Notes under the pieces: generated by a model
What the model was told of the DNA's origin: nothing
Databases searched by the model: none
What the model saw: only the letters and a program-made list of their open reading frames with translations
Source of the DNA: Bdellovibrionales bacterium
Lineage (GTDB): Bacteria > Bdellovibrionota > Bdellovibrionia > Bdellovibrionales > UBA1609
Length of the DNA stretch: 64,000 nucleotides
Assembly: GCA_965261545.1 (NCBI GenBank)
Contig: CBDHDF010000010.1
Span: 518,741 to 582,740 of the forward strand
Direction of reading: 5' to 3'
Part shown: one piece after another, positions 27,247 to 35,852 of the stretch
Numbering within the stretch: position 1 is the stretch's first letter
How the letters are laid out: each line of letters begins with the position of its first letter
Position numbers and translations under genes: made by a program

Positions 27247-28446
27247 GTGAAGCTACTGCTATCCACTTTATCCACAAAACCAGCTGTCGCCGTGTTTGCT
27301 GTCGCTATTTTTGTCACTTTCATTCCAAAAGCAAATTCCAAGAATGTGAAGAGTTTTCAAGGGGGCGAAGAGGTGACCCAGGGGGAGGAAGCCGAAGTTA
27401 GGTGGAAATCCTACTACTATGAAGTTCAACGAGGTGAAACACTTTATTCGCTACTGCAGCAGTCTGGCTTCTCTGATCGTGAGATAAGTGATTTTATAAA
27501 AGAGTCTGGTCTTTCAGAAAACTTTTTTCTTGAAATAGGACAAACTTATTTGGAGAAAAGGAGGCCGGGGCATACGGAGTTACTTCTCTTTCAAAACGAG
27601 AGCAACCAAGCCCATGTTTTTACCAAGAAAGTGGGAGAGAAGTCTCGGAGTGTTTCCACATACCATATTCAAAAGCAGCCCTTGAGAACTGAAGTCCATG
27701 AAGCGAAAGGACAAATGGTGGGCTCTATCTTGGGAAGCCTACAAAAGGTGGTTCCCGATAGGTTTATTGGCCTCCGCTTTCTAGATGCATTTGTTTTAGA
27801 TTTTCATCTTGTGAGTGAGGTTCAGCGAGGCGCTCGATTTATAATCCGTTATGAGAAGAAAATGCTGGGGCCGAATATAATTCGCTATGGAGAACTCCTT
27901 TATGCAGAGTTGGAGATATCAGGCCACACCTACAAGCGTTACTTTATCCCTCTCGCACGCGGAGGGGTTTTTGTGGGAGAGAACCTCCATGACCAGCGTC
28001 CTTTATTTGCGCCCGTTGACTATATTCATATTTCTAGCCTTTTTCAAAAAAATCGTTATCACCCTATTTATAAAAGGGTGATGCCCCATCGAGGAGTGGA
28101 TTTTGTGGCAGCCACGGGAACTCCGGTTTATTCTGTGGCTTCAGGTGTTGTGGAAAAAAGGGGATACAGTCGTTCGGCGGGTTATTATGTGTCTGTCAAG
28201 CACGAAGGGGGATTGTCTAGTCATTACAATCACCTTCATAGAATTTCAGAAAATATCTCCTTAGGAGAATTTCTCCCTGCGGGAGTTCAACTTGGAAAAG
28301 TGGGGTGTACAGGTCTATGCACAAAGGCTCACTTGCACTTTGCTGTCAAAAGGGGTGGAGAATTTATCAACCCCATAGGCCTATTGAAAAATCACTCTTT
28401 TTTCCAAAAAAACCATTTGGAAAGAGAATTTGCCAAACTTCACTAA
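27247..28446 (+). CDS. M23-family metallopeptidase.
   Basis: HRGVDFVAATGTPVYSVASG, HYNHL, AHLHFAV. N-terminal signal/TM and a LysM-like YYEVQRGETLYSLL. Confidence 0.85.
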   Translation: MKLLLSTLSTKPAVAVFAVAIFVTFIPKANSKNVKSFQGGEEVTQGEEAEVRWKSYYYEVQRGETLYSLLQQSGFSDREISDFIKESGLSENFFLEIGQTYLEKRRPGHTELLLFQNESNQAHVFTKKVGEKSRSVSTYHIQKQPLRTEVHEAKGQMVGSILGSLQKVVPDRFIGLRFLDAFVLDFHLVSEVQRGARFIIRYEKKMLGPNIIRYGELLYAELEISGHTYKRYFIPLARGGVFVGENLHDQRPLFAPVDYIHISSLFQKNRYHPIYKRVMPHRGVDFVAATGTPVYSVASGVVEKRGYSRSAGYYVSVKHEGGLSSHYNHLHRISENISLGEFLPAGVQLGKVGCTGLCTKAHLHFAVKRGGEFINPIGLLKNHSFFQKNHLEREFAKLH

Positions 28447-28585
28447 AGATATCACCAAATCTCACTAGAAATATAAATATTCACCATAAAGCCTATCTTG
28501 AGGTATTCTATAGACTTGAGGCATTCTTATAGATAATTCGTAGATAGAGAGTTTACCCACAGTTCAAAAGCAGCTATAAGGGGTC

Positions 28586-29899
28586 ATGGATGTAAGAGAC
28601 CCCATTCACGGATCGATTGCCCTCAGTTCTGCCGAATTAAAAATCATTGATAGTGTGGCCTATCAAAGGCTTAGGGCGATTAAACAACTGGGCTTTGCAG
28701 AGCTTAGCTTTCCAGGGGCCACCCACAACCGCTTTCTTCATTCCATAGGGGTTTGCCATCTTGCGGGGAGAATCTTTGACAGTGCTCTTCACAACTTTAA
28801 GTTTGGTTCTTCTGAAAGCACAACACGCTTGAGGCAATGCCTTAAACTGGCGGCCCTTCTTCACGATATTGGCCATGGACCTCTCAGTCATACCACGGAA
28901 GAGGTCATGCCCCCTGTGAAAGAACTCAATATTCCTGCATACAAAAATCGCCGCTCCGACATTGAGATTGAGCCCATGGATAACTCTCGTCAAGCCAACC
29001 ATGAAGATTACACCATTAAATTTATCACTGATTCCTCCTTGTCTGTCATCATCCGACGTGAATTCCCCCAAATGGATCCCATTCATGTTGCCTGCCTTGT
29101 GGATAAATCCCTTCTTTGCCCCGATGATTTTTTCAAAGAGGGAGGCTTTGATCTTCGCCCCATTCTAAGCCAAATTATCAGTTCTGAAATGGACGTGGAT
29201 CGCATGGACTACCTTGAAAGAGATGCTTATTTCTGTGGAACCAGTTATGGAAAAGTTGAACTCGACTGGTTGCTTGCCAACACAACCCATCACCTTGTGG
29301 ACGACCAGGTGTATTTGTCCTTACAAAGGAGGGCCCTTTACACTTTTGATGATTTCTTGCTCGCCCGCCATCACATGCACCTCATGGTTTATTTTCACCA
29401 TAAAAGTATTATCTACGAAGAGCTTCTTTATAGATACTTAACTTCCAAGGATTGTCACTATAAAATTCCCAGTCAGATTGAAGAGTACATTCATTGCACA
29501 GATTATGGTTTTTACCAACACCTCACCCAAGTCGACAATTTATGGGCAAGACGCATTGCCGATCAGATTCCCTATCAGAGACTGTTTGAGTGGCATTTCG
29601 TAGAGACTTCTTCACCTCGCACCAAGAAGATGAAAGAAATTCTTGCCAGTGAGGGTATTGACACCATTGCTTCGAATTCAAAGGCTCGGCTTAGTAAGTG
29701 CCACTCCTCTCACCCCATTGAAAAATCCTTTCCCATTTATGTTGTGGACCCTTACGATATTGGAGGTCAACCCCACAGCATTCAAGAAAGCACAGAAATT
29801 TTTAGTAAGTATGAAGAAATTCGTAGCATTGATCGCCTTTATGTGGCCCCTGAAAATTTGGAAAAATCCAAACAAATTCTTGTGGATCGAGGACTTTAA
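28586..29899 (+). CDS. HD-domain phosphohydrolase (dNTP triphosphohydrolase-like, COG1078 type).
   Basis: RFLHSIGVCHL, LLHDIGHGPLSH, DVDRMDYLERD. Confidence 0.8.
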   Translation: MDVRDPIHGSIALSSAELKIIDSVAYQRLRAIKQLGFAELSFPGATHNRFLHSIGVCHLAGRIFDSALHNFKFGSSESTTRLRQCLKLAALLHDIGHGPLSHTTEEVMPPVKELNIPAYKNRRSDIEIEPMDNSRQANHEDYTIKFITDSSLSVIIRREFPQMDPIHVACLVDKSLLCPDDFFKEGGFDLRPILSQIISSEMDVDRMDYLERDAYFCGTSYGKVELDWLLANTTHHLVDDQVYLSLQRRALYTFDDFLLARHHMHLMVYFHHKSIIYEELLYRYLTSKDCHYKIPSQIEEYIHCTDYGFYQHLTQVDNLWARRIADQIPYQRLFEWHFVETSSPRTKKMKEILASEGIDTIASNSKARLSKCHSSHPIEKSFPIYVVDPYDIGGQPHSIQESTEIFSKYEEIRSIDRLYVAPENLEKSKQILVDRGL

Positions 29900-29956
29900 G
29901 AGCATCGAAGACTTTAAGAGCATAGAGAACTTTAAAAGTATAGAACACTTTCATGG
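29892..29956. repeat. 18-bp x3.5 tandem repeat starting in the last codons and stop of the HD gene.
   Basis: gactttaagagcatcgaa / gactttaagagcatagag / aactttaaaagtatagaa / cactttcatgg. The first unit holds the TAA stop at 29897-29899. Confidence 0.85.
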
Positions 29957-29968
29957 AGGTCTGATATT

Positions 29969-30532
29969 ATGATTCAGGTATTGTTTGTATGTTTGGGAAA
30001 TATTTGTCGCTCTCCAGCCGCAGAGGGAGTCATGAAAAAAATGATTGAAGACCGGGGATTTCAAAACAAAATATCTTGTGATTCGGCGGGAACTTCGGGC
30101 TTTCACCATGGACATCATGCAGACTCCCGTATGCATGAAACCGCATCCCAAAGGGGTTATCAACTCACCAGCCGTTCAAGGAAGTTCACTGTCGATGATT
30201 TTCAACGCTTTGACTATATTCTGACTATGGATAACCAAAACTACAAAGATGTCATGAAAGGTGTCACAAAGGATGTTATGAAAAATATCACGAAGGATAT
30301 CATGGATGATTCCCCGATGAAAAAAGTCCTTGGGAAAAAGGAGCATGGAGAAAAAGACCAAACTCTTGAGGATAAGGTTTACAAATTTGTGGATTTTTGC
30401 CAGGCCCACAATATATCTGAAGTGCCTGATCCCTACTACAAGGAGGACGAAGGCTTTCAGTTTGTCATGGACCTTCTTGAAGATGGTTGTAAAAATCTTT
30501 TGGATAAGATCGTCAAGGAAAATCAATGGTGA
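29969..30532 (+). CDS. Low-molecular-weight protein-tyrosine phosphatase with an internal repeat insert.
   Basis: VLFVCLGNICRSPAAEG (CX5R loop), ..VPDPYY. 187 aa, against about 150-160 aa usually. Confidence 0.85.
   Translation: MIQVLFVCLGNICRSPAAEGVMKKMIEDRGFQNKISCDSAGTSGFHHGHHADSRMHETASQRGYQLTSRSRKFTVDDFQRFDYILTMDNQNYKDVMKGVTKDVMKNITKDIMDDSPMKKVLGKKEHGEKDQTLEDKVYKFVDFCQAHNISEVPDPYYKEDEGFQFVMDLLEDGCKNLLDKIVKENQW
30245..30310. repeat. In-frame 24-bp x2.75 repeat inside the LMW-PTP gene.
   Basis: Units at 30245, 30269 and 30293. They encode KDVMKGVT/KDVMKNIT/KDIMDD. Confidence 0.85.
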
Positions 30533-31548
30533 GCACCCAAACCTTTCAAAGCTTTAGAGTTCATGAAGCTAAAAAGGCAGGTCACCTTCAAGATATTTAC
30601 CTCCATGACCTTACACAGGGAGATACGGTGATAAGGTCCTATTTTTCCAGTCTCAACTATAAAGATGCCCTCGCTGTTACAGGTAAGGGCAAGATTCTCA
30701 AGCGTTTTCCACTCAATCCTGGTATTGATGTTGTGGGGGAAGTTATACAATCCTCAGACCCTCAACTTCATTCAGGCACCTTTGTCGTTATTACGGGCTG
30801 TCAACTGGGTGAGTCCTATGATGGTGGCCTTTCGGAAATTGTTCGTGTTCCCTCTTCCATTGCCATCCCCCTTCCCCAAGGTCTTTCACCTAGAAATGCT
30901 ATGATCTATGGAACAGCTGGTTTTACAGCAGCTCTTGCTATTTTAAGAATGGAAATCAACGGACAAAAACCAAGTGATGGTCCCATTTTAATCACAGGTT
31001 CTAGTGGAGGAGTCGGTTCTTTTGCTGTGGCCTTCCTTCACCAAAGAGGATATGAAGTTCATGCTCTGAGTGGCAAACCATCACAGCACCAAAGGCTTAA
31101 AGATTTAGGGGCCAACCAAGTGATGCTTCCTGAAGACCTTCATTTGGGTCATCGTCCCCTTGAAAAAGGTCTATGGGCGGGAGTCGTGGATAGCGTGGGC
31201 GGCGAATTGCTGTCCAAACTGATTCCACATATCAAGTTATGGGGTCAAGTGGCCTCTATTGGTTTGGCTGGAGGAGCTTCTTTTTCTGGAACAGTGATGC
31301 CACATATTTTAAGGGGCGTTTCCATTCTTGGTATAAGTTCCAATAATTGTCCTTGGGACATGCGATTAAAAATTTGGAATGATTTGGCCTCTTTTGGGAA
31401 AGTGAAAAATTTGGATTCTTTTGTCAGCCAAAATATTCATCTAGAGGGAGTGCTCCGAGCTTGTGAGCAGATGCTCCATCGCAAAACCTTTGGTCGAATT
31501 CTCGTTGAGATACCGAGACCCACTTCGGGTTTTTCACTACGATTATAA
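30526..31548 (+). CDS. YhdH/AcuI-type NADPH:quinone (acrylyl-CoA) oxidoreductase, MDR family.
   Basis: SLNYKDALAVTGKGKILKRFPLNPGIDVVGEV, ITGSSGGVGSFAV. Confidence 0.8.
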   Translation: MVSTQTFQSFRVHEAKKAGHLQDIYLHDLTQGDTVIRSYFSSLNYKDALAVTGKGKILKRFPLNPGIDVVGEVIQSSDPQLHSGTFVVITGCQLGESYDGGLSEIVRVPSSIAIPLPQGLSPRNAMIYGTAGFTAALAILRMEINGQKPSDGPILITGSSGGVGSFAVAFLHQRGYEVHALSGKPSQHQRLKDLGANQVMLPEDLHLGHRPLEKGLWAGVVDSVGGELLSKLIPHIKLWGQVASIGLAGGASFSGTVMPHILRGVSILGISSNNCPWDMRLKIWNDLASFGKVKNLDSFVSQNIHLEGVLRACEQMLHRKTFGRILVEIPRPTSGFSLRL

Positions 31549-31567
31549 AAAAACATAAAAAAAATAA

Positions 31568-31644
31568 TGGTAGCGAGGGAGGGACTTGAACCCCCGGCCA
31601 CCGGATTATGATTCCGATGCTCTAACCAACTGAGCTACCTCGCC
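31568..31644 (-). tRNA. tRNA with anticodon CAT (elongator Met, or Ile2 if lysidine-modified), with CCA encoded.
   Basis: Folded by hand: GGCGAGG acceptor (G1-U72 wobble), D arm GCTC/GAGC, anticodon stem TCGGA/TCCGG with loop ATCATAA, 5-nt variable loop, T arm GGGGG-TTCAAGT-CCCTC, then ACCA. It lacks the three G-C pairs of initiator tRNA. Confidence 0.9.
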
Positions 31645-31882
31645 ATGAGGGCTGAATAAGATTCGCCAGTAGACGATCTAACCCCACAGATAAATTTAAT
31701 GAGACTCCCAGTGAGGGATAATGAGGTTGGATAGTAACAATGTGGCAGCATCGAGTCAAACAGCGTCAGAAACTTTATACACTCTATGCGTTATTCAACC
31801 CCCTATGAACGAACTCAATCACTTAAATAAACCCCTCACATGGCTCCAACCGCTGCCTCAATCACCAGTGGGCACTTTCCAG

Positions 31883-33196
31883 TCACGGATTGAAGGAGTC
31901 CAGAGAGAAGTTCTTTAAGAAGGAATCTTCCAGTAAACGCCCTATCACAGCCCAAACCTGGGTGAGTTCCTCTGGAGTTATACAATAGGGTGGTAATACA
32001 TAGAGGATGTTTCCAAGGGGTCTTAGAAAAACTCCCTCTTCCATGGCTCTTTGGGTAATGATTTGAGAGAAAGGGGACTCATACCCCCTCTGGTCTGAGG
32101 CAAGTTCGATGGCGGCCACAGTGCCACACACTCTTGTATCCACAACACAGGGGTGACTTCTATAAGGAGCTATATTTTTCATATGAATATGGTGAATTTG
32201 TTCCCATTTTGATTTTAAGACGTGATCTTTCATAAGTTGAGTGCTCGCTGTCGCTGCGGCACAAGCTATTGGATTGGCCGTAAAACTGTGACCATGAAAA
32301 AGCATTTTACTTTTTTCTTCATCGAGAAAACATTGATAAACTTCAGGTGTGGCTATGGTCAAAGACAGAGGGAGAAAACCGCCCGTAAGACCCTTTGACA
32401 GACAAATTATATCTGGCTTTTCGTCAATATGATCCATGGCAAAATTTCGCCCTGTTCTTCCAAAGCCTGTCATGACTTCATCAAAAATAACATAAGCTCC
32501 ATGTTTACGTGCCACTTGCACGACTTCGCTCAAAGCCTGAGGGGGCCACATAATCATTCCACCGGCACCCTGGATAAGTGGCTCCACAATAAGAGCCGCC
32601 ACACGACTGCCATGCTCTTCCATTTGATTCTTAAGGTCATCCACATAGGAAGTCCATGGGGCTGTACTCTTTGTGCCTTGTTCAACATGAATGACATCAA
32701 AGAGCATTTCCTTGTAGGGCTGGGTGAAAAGACTCGGTCCGCCCACACTCATAGCGCCAGCTGTATCGCCATGATAAGCCTGCTTAAAGGCGACAAAACG
32801 ATTTCTCGTAGCTTCCCCCTTTTGTTGACAAGCCTGGAGAGCCATTTTTAAAGAAACTTCCACGGCTGTGGAGCCGTTATCTGAGAAAAAGAAATGTTTG
32901 AGGGAAGAGGGAAGGAGTTCTTGCAAAGATTCTATGAGTTGCTCAGCTGGTTCATGAGAAAAATTTCCAAACAAAACCTGATCCACTTGTTCAAGTTGTC
33001 TTTGAACTGCTTGAACCACTTGGGGGTGGCAGTGGCCATGGGTAATTACCCACCAAGACGAAATGGCGTCAATAAGTTCTTGCCCATTTTCCAAAAACAA
33101 CTTGGCTCCACGGGAACCCACAACCCTAGGGGGAGGGGCCGCTAACTTCATTTGCGTAAAAGGACGCCAGAGAGAAGAGTTCATATCATGACTCAT
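31883..33196 (-). CDS. bioA: Adenosylmethionine-8-amino-7-oxononanoate aminotransferase.
   Basis: Class III aminotransferase. SWWVITHGH, VIFDEVMTGFGRTG, PLP lysine in CLSKGLTGG. Lies in the bio cluster. Confidence 0.9.
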   Translation of the reverse strand: MSHDMNSSLWRPFTQMKLAAPPPRVVGSRGAKLFLENGQELIDAISSWWVITHGHCHPQVVQAVQRQLEQVDQVLFGNFSHEPAEQLIESLQELLPSSLKHFFFSDNGSTAVEVSLKMALQACQQKGEATRNRFVAFKQAYHGDTAGAMSVGGPSLFTQPYKEMLFDVIHVEQGTKSTAPWTSYVDDLKNQMEEHGSRVAALIVEPLIQGAGGMIMWPPQALSEVVQVARKHGAYVIFDEVMTGFGRTGRNFAMDHIDEKPDIICLSKGLTGGFLPLSLTIATPEVYQCFLDEEKSKMLFHGHSFTANPIACAAATASTQLMKDHVLKSKWEQIHHIHMKNIAPYRSHPCVVDTRVCGTVAAIELASDQRGYESPFSQIITQRAMEEGVFLRPLGNILYVLPPYCITPEELTQVWAVIGRLLEDSFLKNFSLDSFNP

Positions 33197-33935
33197 AGGG
33201 GCCTCGCTTACTTATAAGGGCGTGTTTATTCAAGAGAGGACTCGCAAATTTTTGATCTTGAGGGGGTGGCGTAGCCTCTTGGTGAAAAACGGCCTTTTGG
33301 GGTATGACCTGTGGAGGCATGGCCTTTTGGGGGACTGCCTCCATCCAAGAATCGAGCAAACATTTAAAAGCAGCTTCTTCTTTGTTTGCAAATATTTTTT
33401 GTCTCTGAGGGGCTTTTTCTGGATCCAATTCATAAATGAGAAAGCGCATTGTTTCTAGGTGAGAATTTTCTTCGTTGAGAATCCCTTGCAATTTGAAAGT
33501 TCGCTCCTTGTATAATTTAAACGGCCTGATGATCTGAAGATAGAGTGTATAAACAAAAATGGCTCTCTCTTCGATAAGCCATGTTACATAGAGATAATTG
33601 AGCCGAGTGTTCGTCACTTGTAACTCATGGGTCACCATGTGATCGAGAGATTGGAAATAATCCTTAGAAGACTTTCCCGCAAGCAGTGCATCTTCACTGT
33701 AATTGGGGCAAGCTCCTGGCAGAGTTTTTTCTGAAAGCTTCTTAAAAAAATAAGCATGGCGAGTTTCTTCAGCAATATGCTCCATCATCATAAGGTCTAA
33801 GCTATGGGCCTCTTGACTCTTGATAATTTTGCGTGCTCCGATGTATTCTAGAAGTGAAAGGGTATTGAGCCATTTTGCATGGTGCAAAGGTTCGTGGGCA
33901 AGGGTATTTAAAAAATTGATAATTGTTTGGTGCAT
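33186..33935 (-). CDS. Ferritin-like/diiron-carboxylate-type protein of unknown function, embedded in the biotin operon.
   Basis: Two E...ExxH units: LLEYIG..(27 aa)..EETRH and LIEERA..(about 32 aa)..EENSH. 249 aa. The 11-nt overlap with the bioA start suggests translational coupling. Confidence 0.55.
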   Translation of the reverse strand: MHQTIINFLNTLAHEPLHHAKWLNTLSLLEYIGARKIIKSQEAHSLDLMMMEHIAEETRHAYFFKKLSEKTLPGACPNYSEDALLAGKSSKDYFQSLDHMVTHELQVTNTRLNYLYVTWLIEERAIFVYTLYLQIIRPFKLYKERTFKLQGILNEENSHLETMRFLIYELDPEKAPQRQKIFANKEEAAFKCLLDSWMEAVPQKAMPPQVIPQKAVFHQEATPPPQDQKFASPLLNKHALISKRGPYES

Positions 33936-34019
33936 ATGTTTTTCACCTCTGCATATGTTTTTTTACTGCTGTTTCTCGGTAAATCCTAATTCTCGACAAG
34001 TCCTTATTTTCGACAAGTC

Positions 34020-34625
34020 CTAGGCCCAAAAAAAACCGTATCCAAGCTTGAGATCTAAATATTCAAAATTCTCTAGATTTTCAAGCCAAGGAAACTCAAA
34101 AACTGGTATCTTTGATAAACGCTCTATGGTTTGGCGGTTGGACTCATTGGGGGGGCCCACCATCACCACAGAGTGAATATTCAGGTTTCGTTTTTTAAGA
34201 GCCTCAATACTGAGCAGGCTATGATTTAAGGTGCCAAGAGAGCTTTTTGCAACAAGAATGACGGGTAAGCCTAGGTGCGACATTAAATCCATCATATTGT
34301 GCTCCCATGTTATGGGCACGTAAACACCTCCTGCACCCTCCACAATAAGGGGCTGAGGTCCCAAAGGCATCTTGCAATGGGTGGTGGTGATATCCAAGTC
34401 AATACCTTCTAGCTCAGAAGCTCTATGGGGGGAGAGGGGGTGCTTTAATTTATAAGCACTCGGGTGAACTTTGGTGCTTCCCACAAGGTCCCTCACAGTT
34501 TCTTCATCGGATGGCTCTCCGCACTGAATGGGCTTCCAATATTTACCACCACCACACTTTGTGAGGTAGGCTGAAAAAATTGTTTTGCCAATATCTGTGT
34601 CTGTTCCCGTAACAAAATAGCTCAT
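34020..34625 (-). CDS. bioD: Dethiobiotin synthetase.
   Basis: YFVTGTDTDIGKT P-loop, EGAGG motif, 201 aa, bio cluster. Confidence 0.85.
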   Translation of the reverse strand: MSYFVTGTDTDIGKTIFSAYLTKCGGGKYWKPIQCGEPSDEETVRDLVGSTKVHPSAYKLKHPLSPHRASELEGIDLDITTTHCKMPLGPQPLIVEGAGGVYVPITWEHNMMDLMSHLGLPVILVAKSSLGTLNHSLLSIEALKKRNLNIHSVVMVGPPNESNRQTIERLSKIPVFEFPWLENLENFEYLDLKLGYGFFWA

Positions 34626-34646
34626 AAATTTTCCTCTATGCCTCTT

Positions 34647-35852
34647 CTATGTCTCCTTAATGAAGTGAAACACCTCTTCGAGTTGCTGGCGAGTCTGTGT
34701 ACTTTTTAAGCAGATTCTTAAGCGTTCATTGCCCTTGGCCACTGTGGGGTAGCGAATGGGCTTAATATTAAAATTTTTTCTTTGAAGACCCTCTGCCACC
34801 CTTGTTACTTGTCGGCTGCCAGGAACCAAAACAGAAACGATATGACTCCTTTGGGTTCCTCTCCCATCACTGTGGGCATAACTGTGGTTTTTACCTAGGT
34901 GGGTCCAAAGCCAATCCATATGCTCCCATAGCTTCTGGCGAAGTTGGGGTTCAGATTCCCACACCGTCCAAGCTGCCATCCACTGCTCCATCACCAGAGG
35001 AGAGGGGGCTGTTGTGTATATAAAACTCCTGGAAGTATTGATAAGCCACTTTTTAACTTCCTCCGAACAAAGGACAAAGGCCCCCTGACTTCCAAAAGCC
35101 TTCCCCATAGTGTGAACGGAGATGATATTTCTTTTGCTCTCTAAATCATCCACAAAACCCAAGCCCTTTTGTCCATAAATCCCCGTGGCATGGGCCTCGT
35201 CAATGAACAACCAAGCTTCATGTTTTTGAGCGAGGGCGTAAAGATCTTGGAGGGGAGCAAAGTCACCCTCCATGCTGAAGAGACTTTCACTGATGATAAC
35301 CTTAAAGGGGGGGGGCTCCAGGGGAGCCTTTTCTATGAAGGGAGCTTTTTCCATAGGTGACTGGGGAGAAGGATGACCTTCAATTTGAGACATTTTTTCT
35401 TCTAGGTCCCTAAGGTCGCAATGTTTATAAATGGACTTTGAGGCCCCCGAAAGTCGAATGCCATCGATGAGGCTTGCATGGTTGAGTTCGTCAGAAAATA
35501 TATGGACATTTGAAAATATATGGGTATTTGAAAATAAAGAAGTTATGACACCAACATTGGCTAGGTAACCACTTCCATACACCAAGGCGGATGGACGCTG
35601 AAATTTGTGGGCTAGAAATTTTTCCACCTTTTCATGCTGCAGATGGTGACCACAGAGGAGTCGTGATCCCCCTGAACCCATGGGTACCCCCCTTTGCAAA
35701 GCTTCTATAAGAGTTTCGCGAATATGCGGATGATGAGATAACCCCAAAATATCGTTGGACGAAAAATCTACACCCGTGGATAGAGATAGTTGGCGGCAAA
35801 GACCCTTTTCTTCTAGTTGAGTGAGCTTTCTACGGAGGGTGTTTTCAAGCAT
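34647..35852 (-). CDS. bioF: 8-amino-7-oxononanoate synthase.
   Basis: SGYLANVG, FIDEAHATGIYG, PLP lysine in HTMGKAFGSQG. Confidence 0.9.
   Translation of the reverse strand: MLENTLRRKLTQLEEKGLCRQLSLSTGVDFSSNDILGLSHHPHIRETLIEALQRGVPMGSGGSRLLCGHHLQHEKVEKFLAHKFQRPSALVYGSGYLANVGVITSLFSNTHIFSNVHIFSDELNHASLIDGIRLSGASKSIYKHCDLRDLEEKMSQIEGHPSPQSPMEKAPFIEKAPLEPPPFKVIISESLFSMEGDFAPLQDLYALAQKHEAWLFIDEAHATGIYGQKGLGFVDDLESKRNIISVHTMGKAFGSQGAFVLCSEEVKKWLINTSRSFIYTTAPSPLVMEQWMAAWTVWESEPQLRQKLWEHMDWLWTHLGKNHSYAHSDGRGTQRSHIVSVLVPGSRQVTRVAEGLQRKNFNIKPIRYPTVAKGNERLRICLKSTQTRQQLEEVFHFIKET
35494..35539. repeat. In-frame 18-bp x2.5 repeat inside bioF.
   Basis: gaaaatatatggacattt / gaaaatatatgggtattt / gaaaataaag. 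Encodes SNTHIF/SNVHIF. A second 18-bp x2 repeat lies at 35324-35359. Confidence 0.85.

Noticed and set aside
28637-29086. Long antisense or shadow ORFs inside well-supported genes, for example 28637-29086, 32429-32851, 36476-36883, 47570-47941, 24437-24913 and 7030-7338.
   Set aside because: Each lies entirely within a gene that has strong family motifs on the other strand or frame. They are typical shadow ORFs without start context or recognisable domains.
28586-29899. The HD dNTPase-like protein and the PLD-family protein (42451-44328) considered as anti-phage defence genes.
   Set aside because: Both sit among housekeeping genes with no partner defence genes, mobile flanks or compositional anomaly. 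A housekeeping role is the simpler reading.
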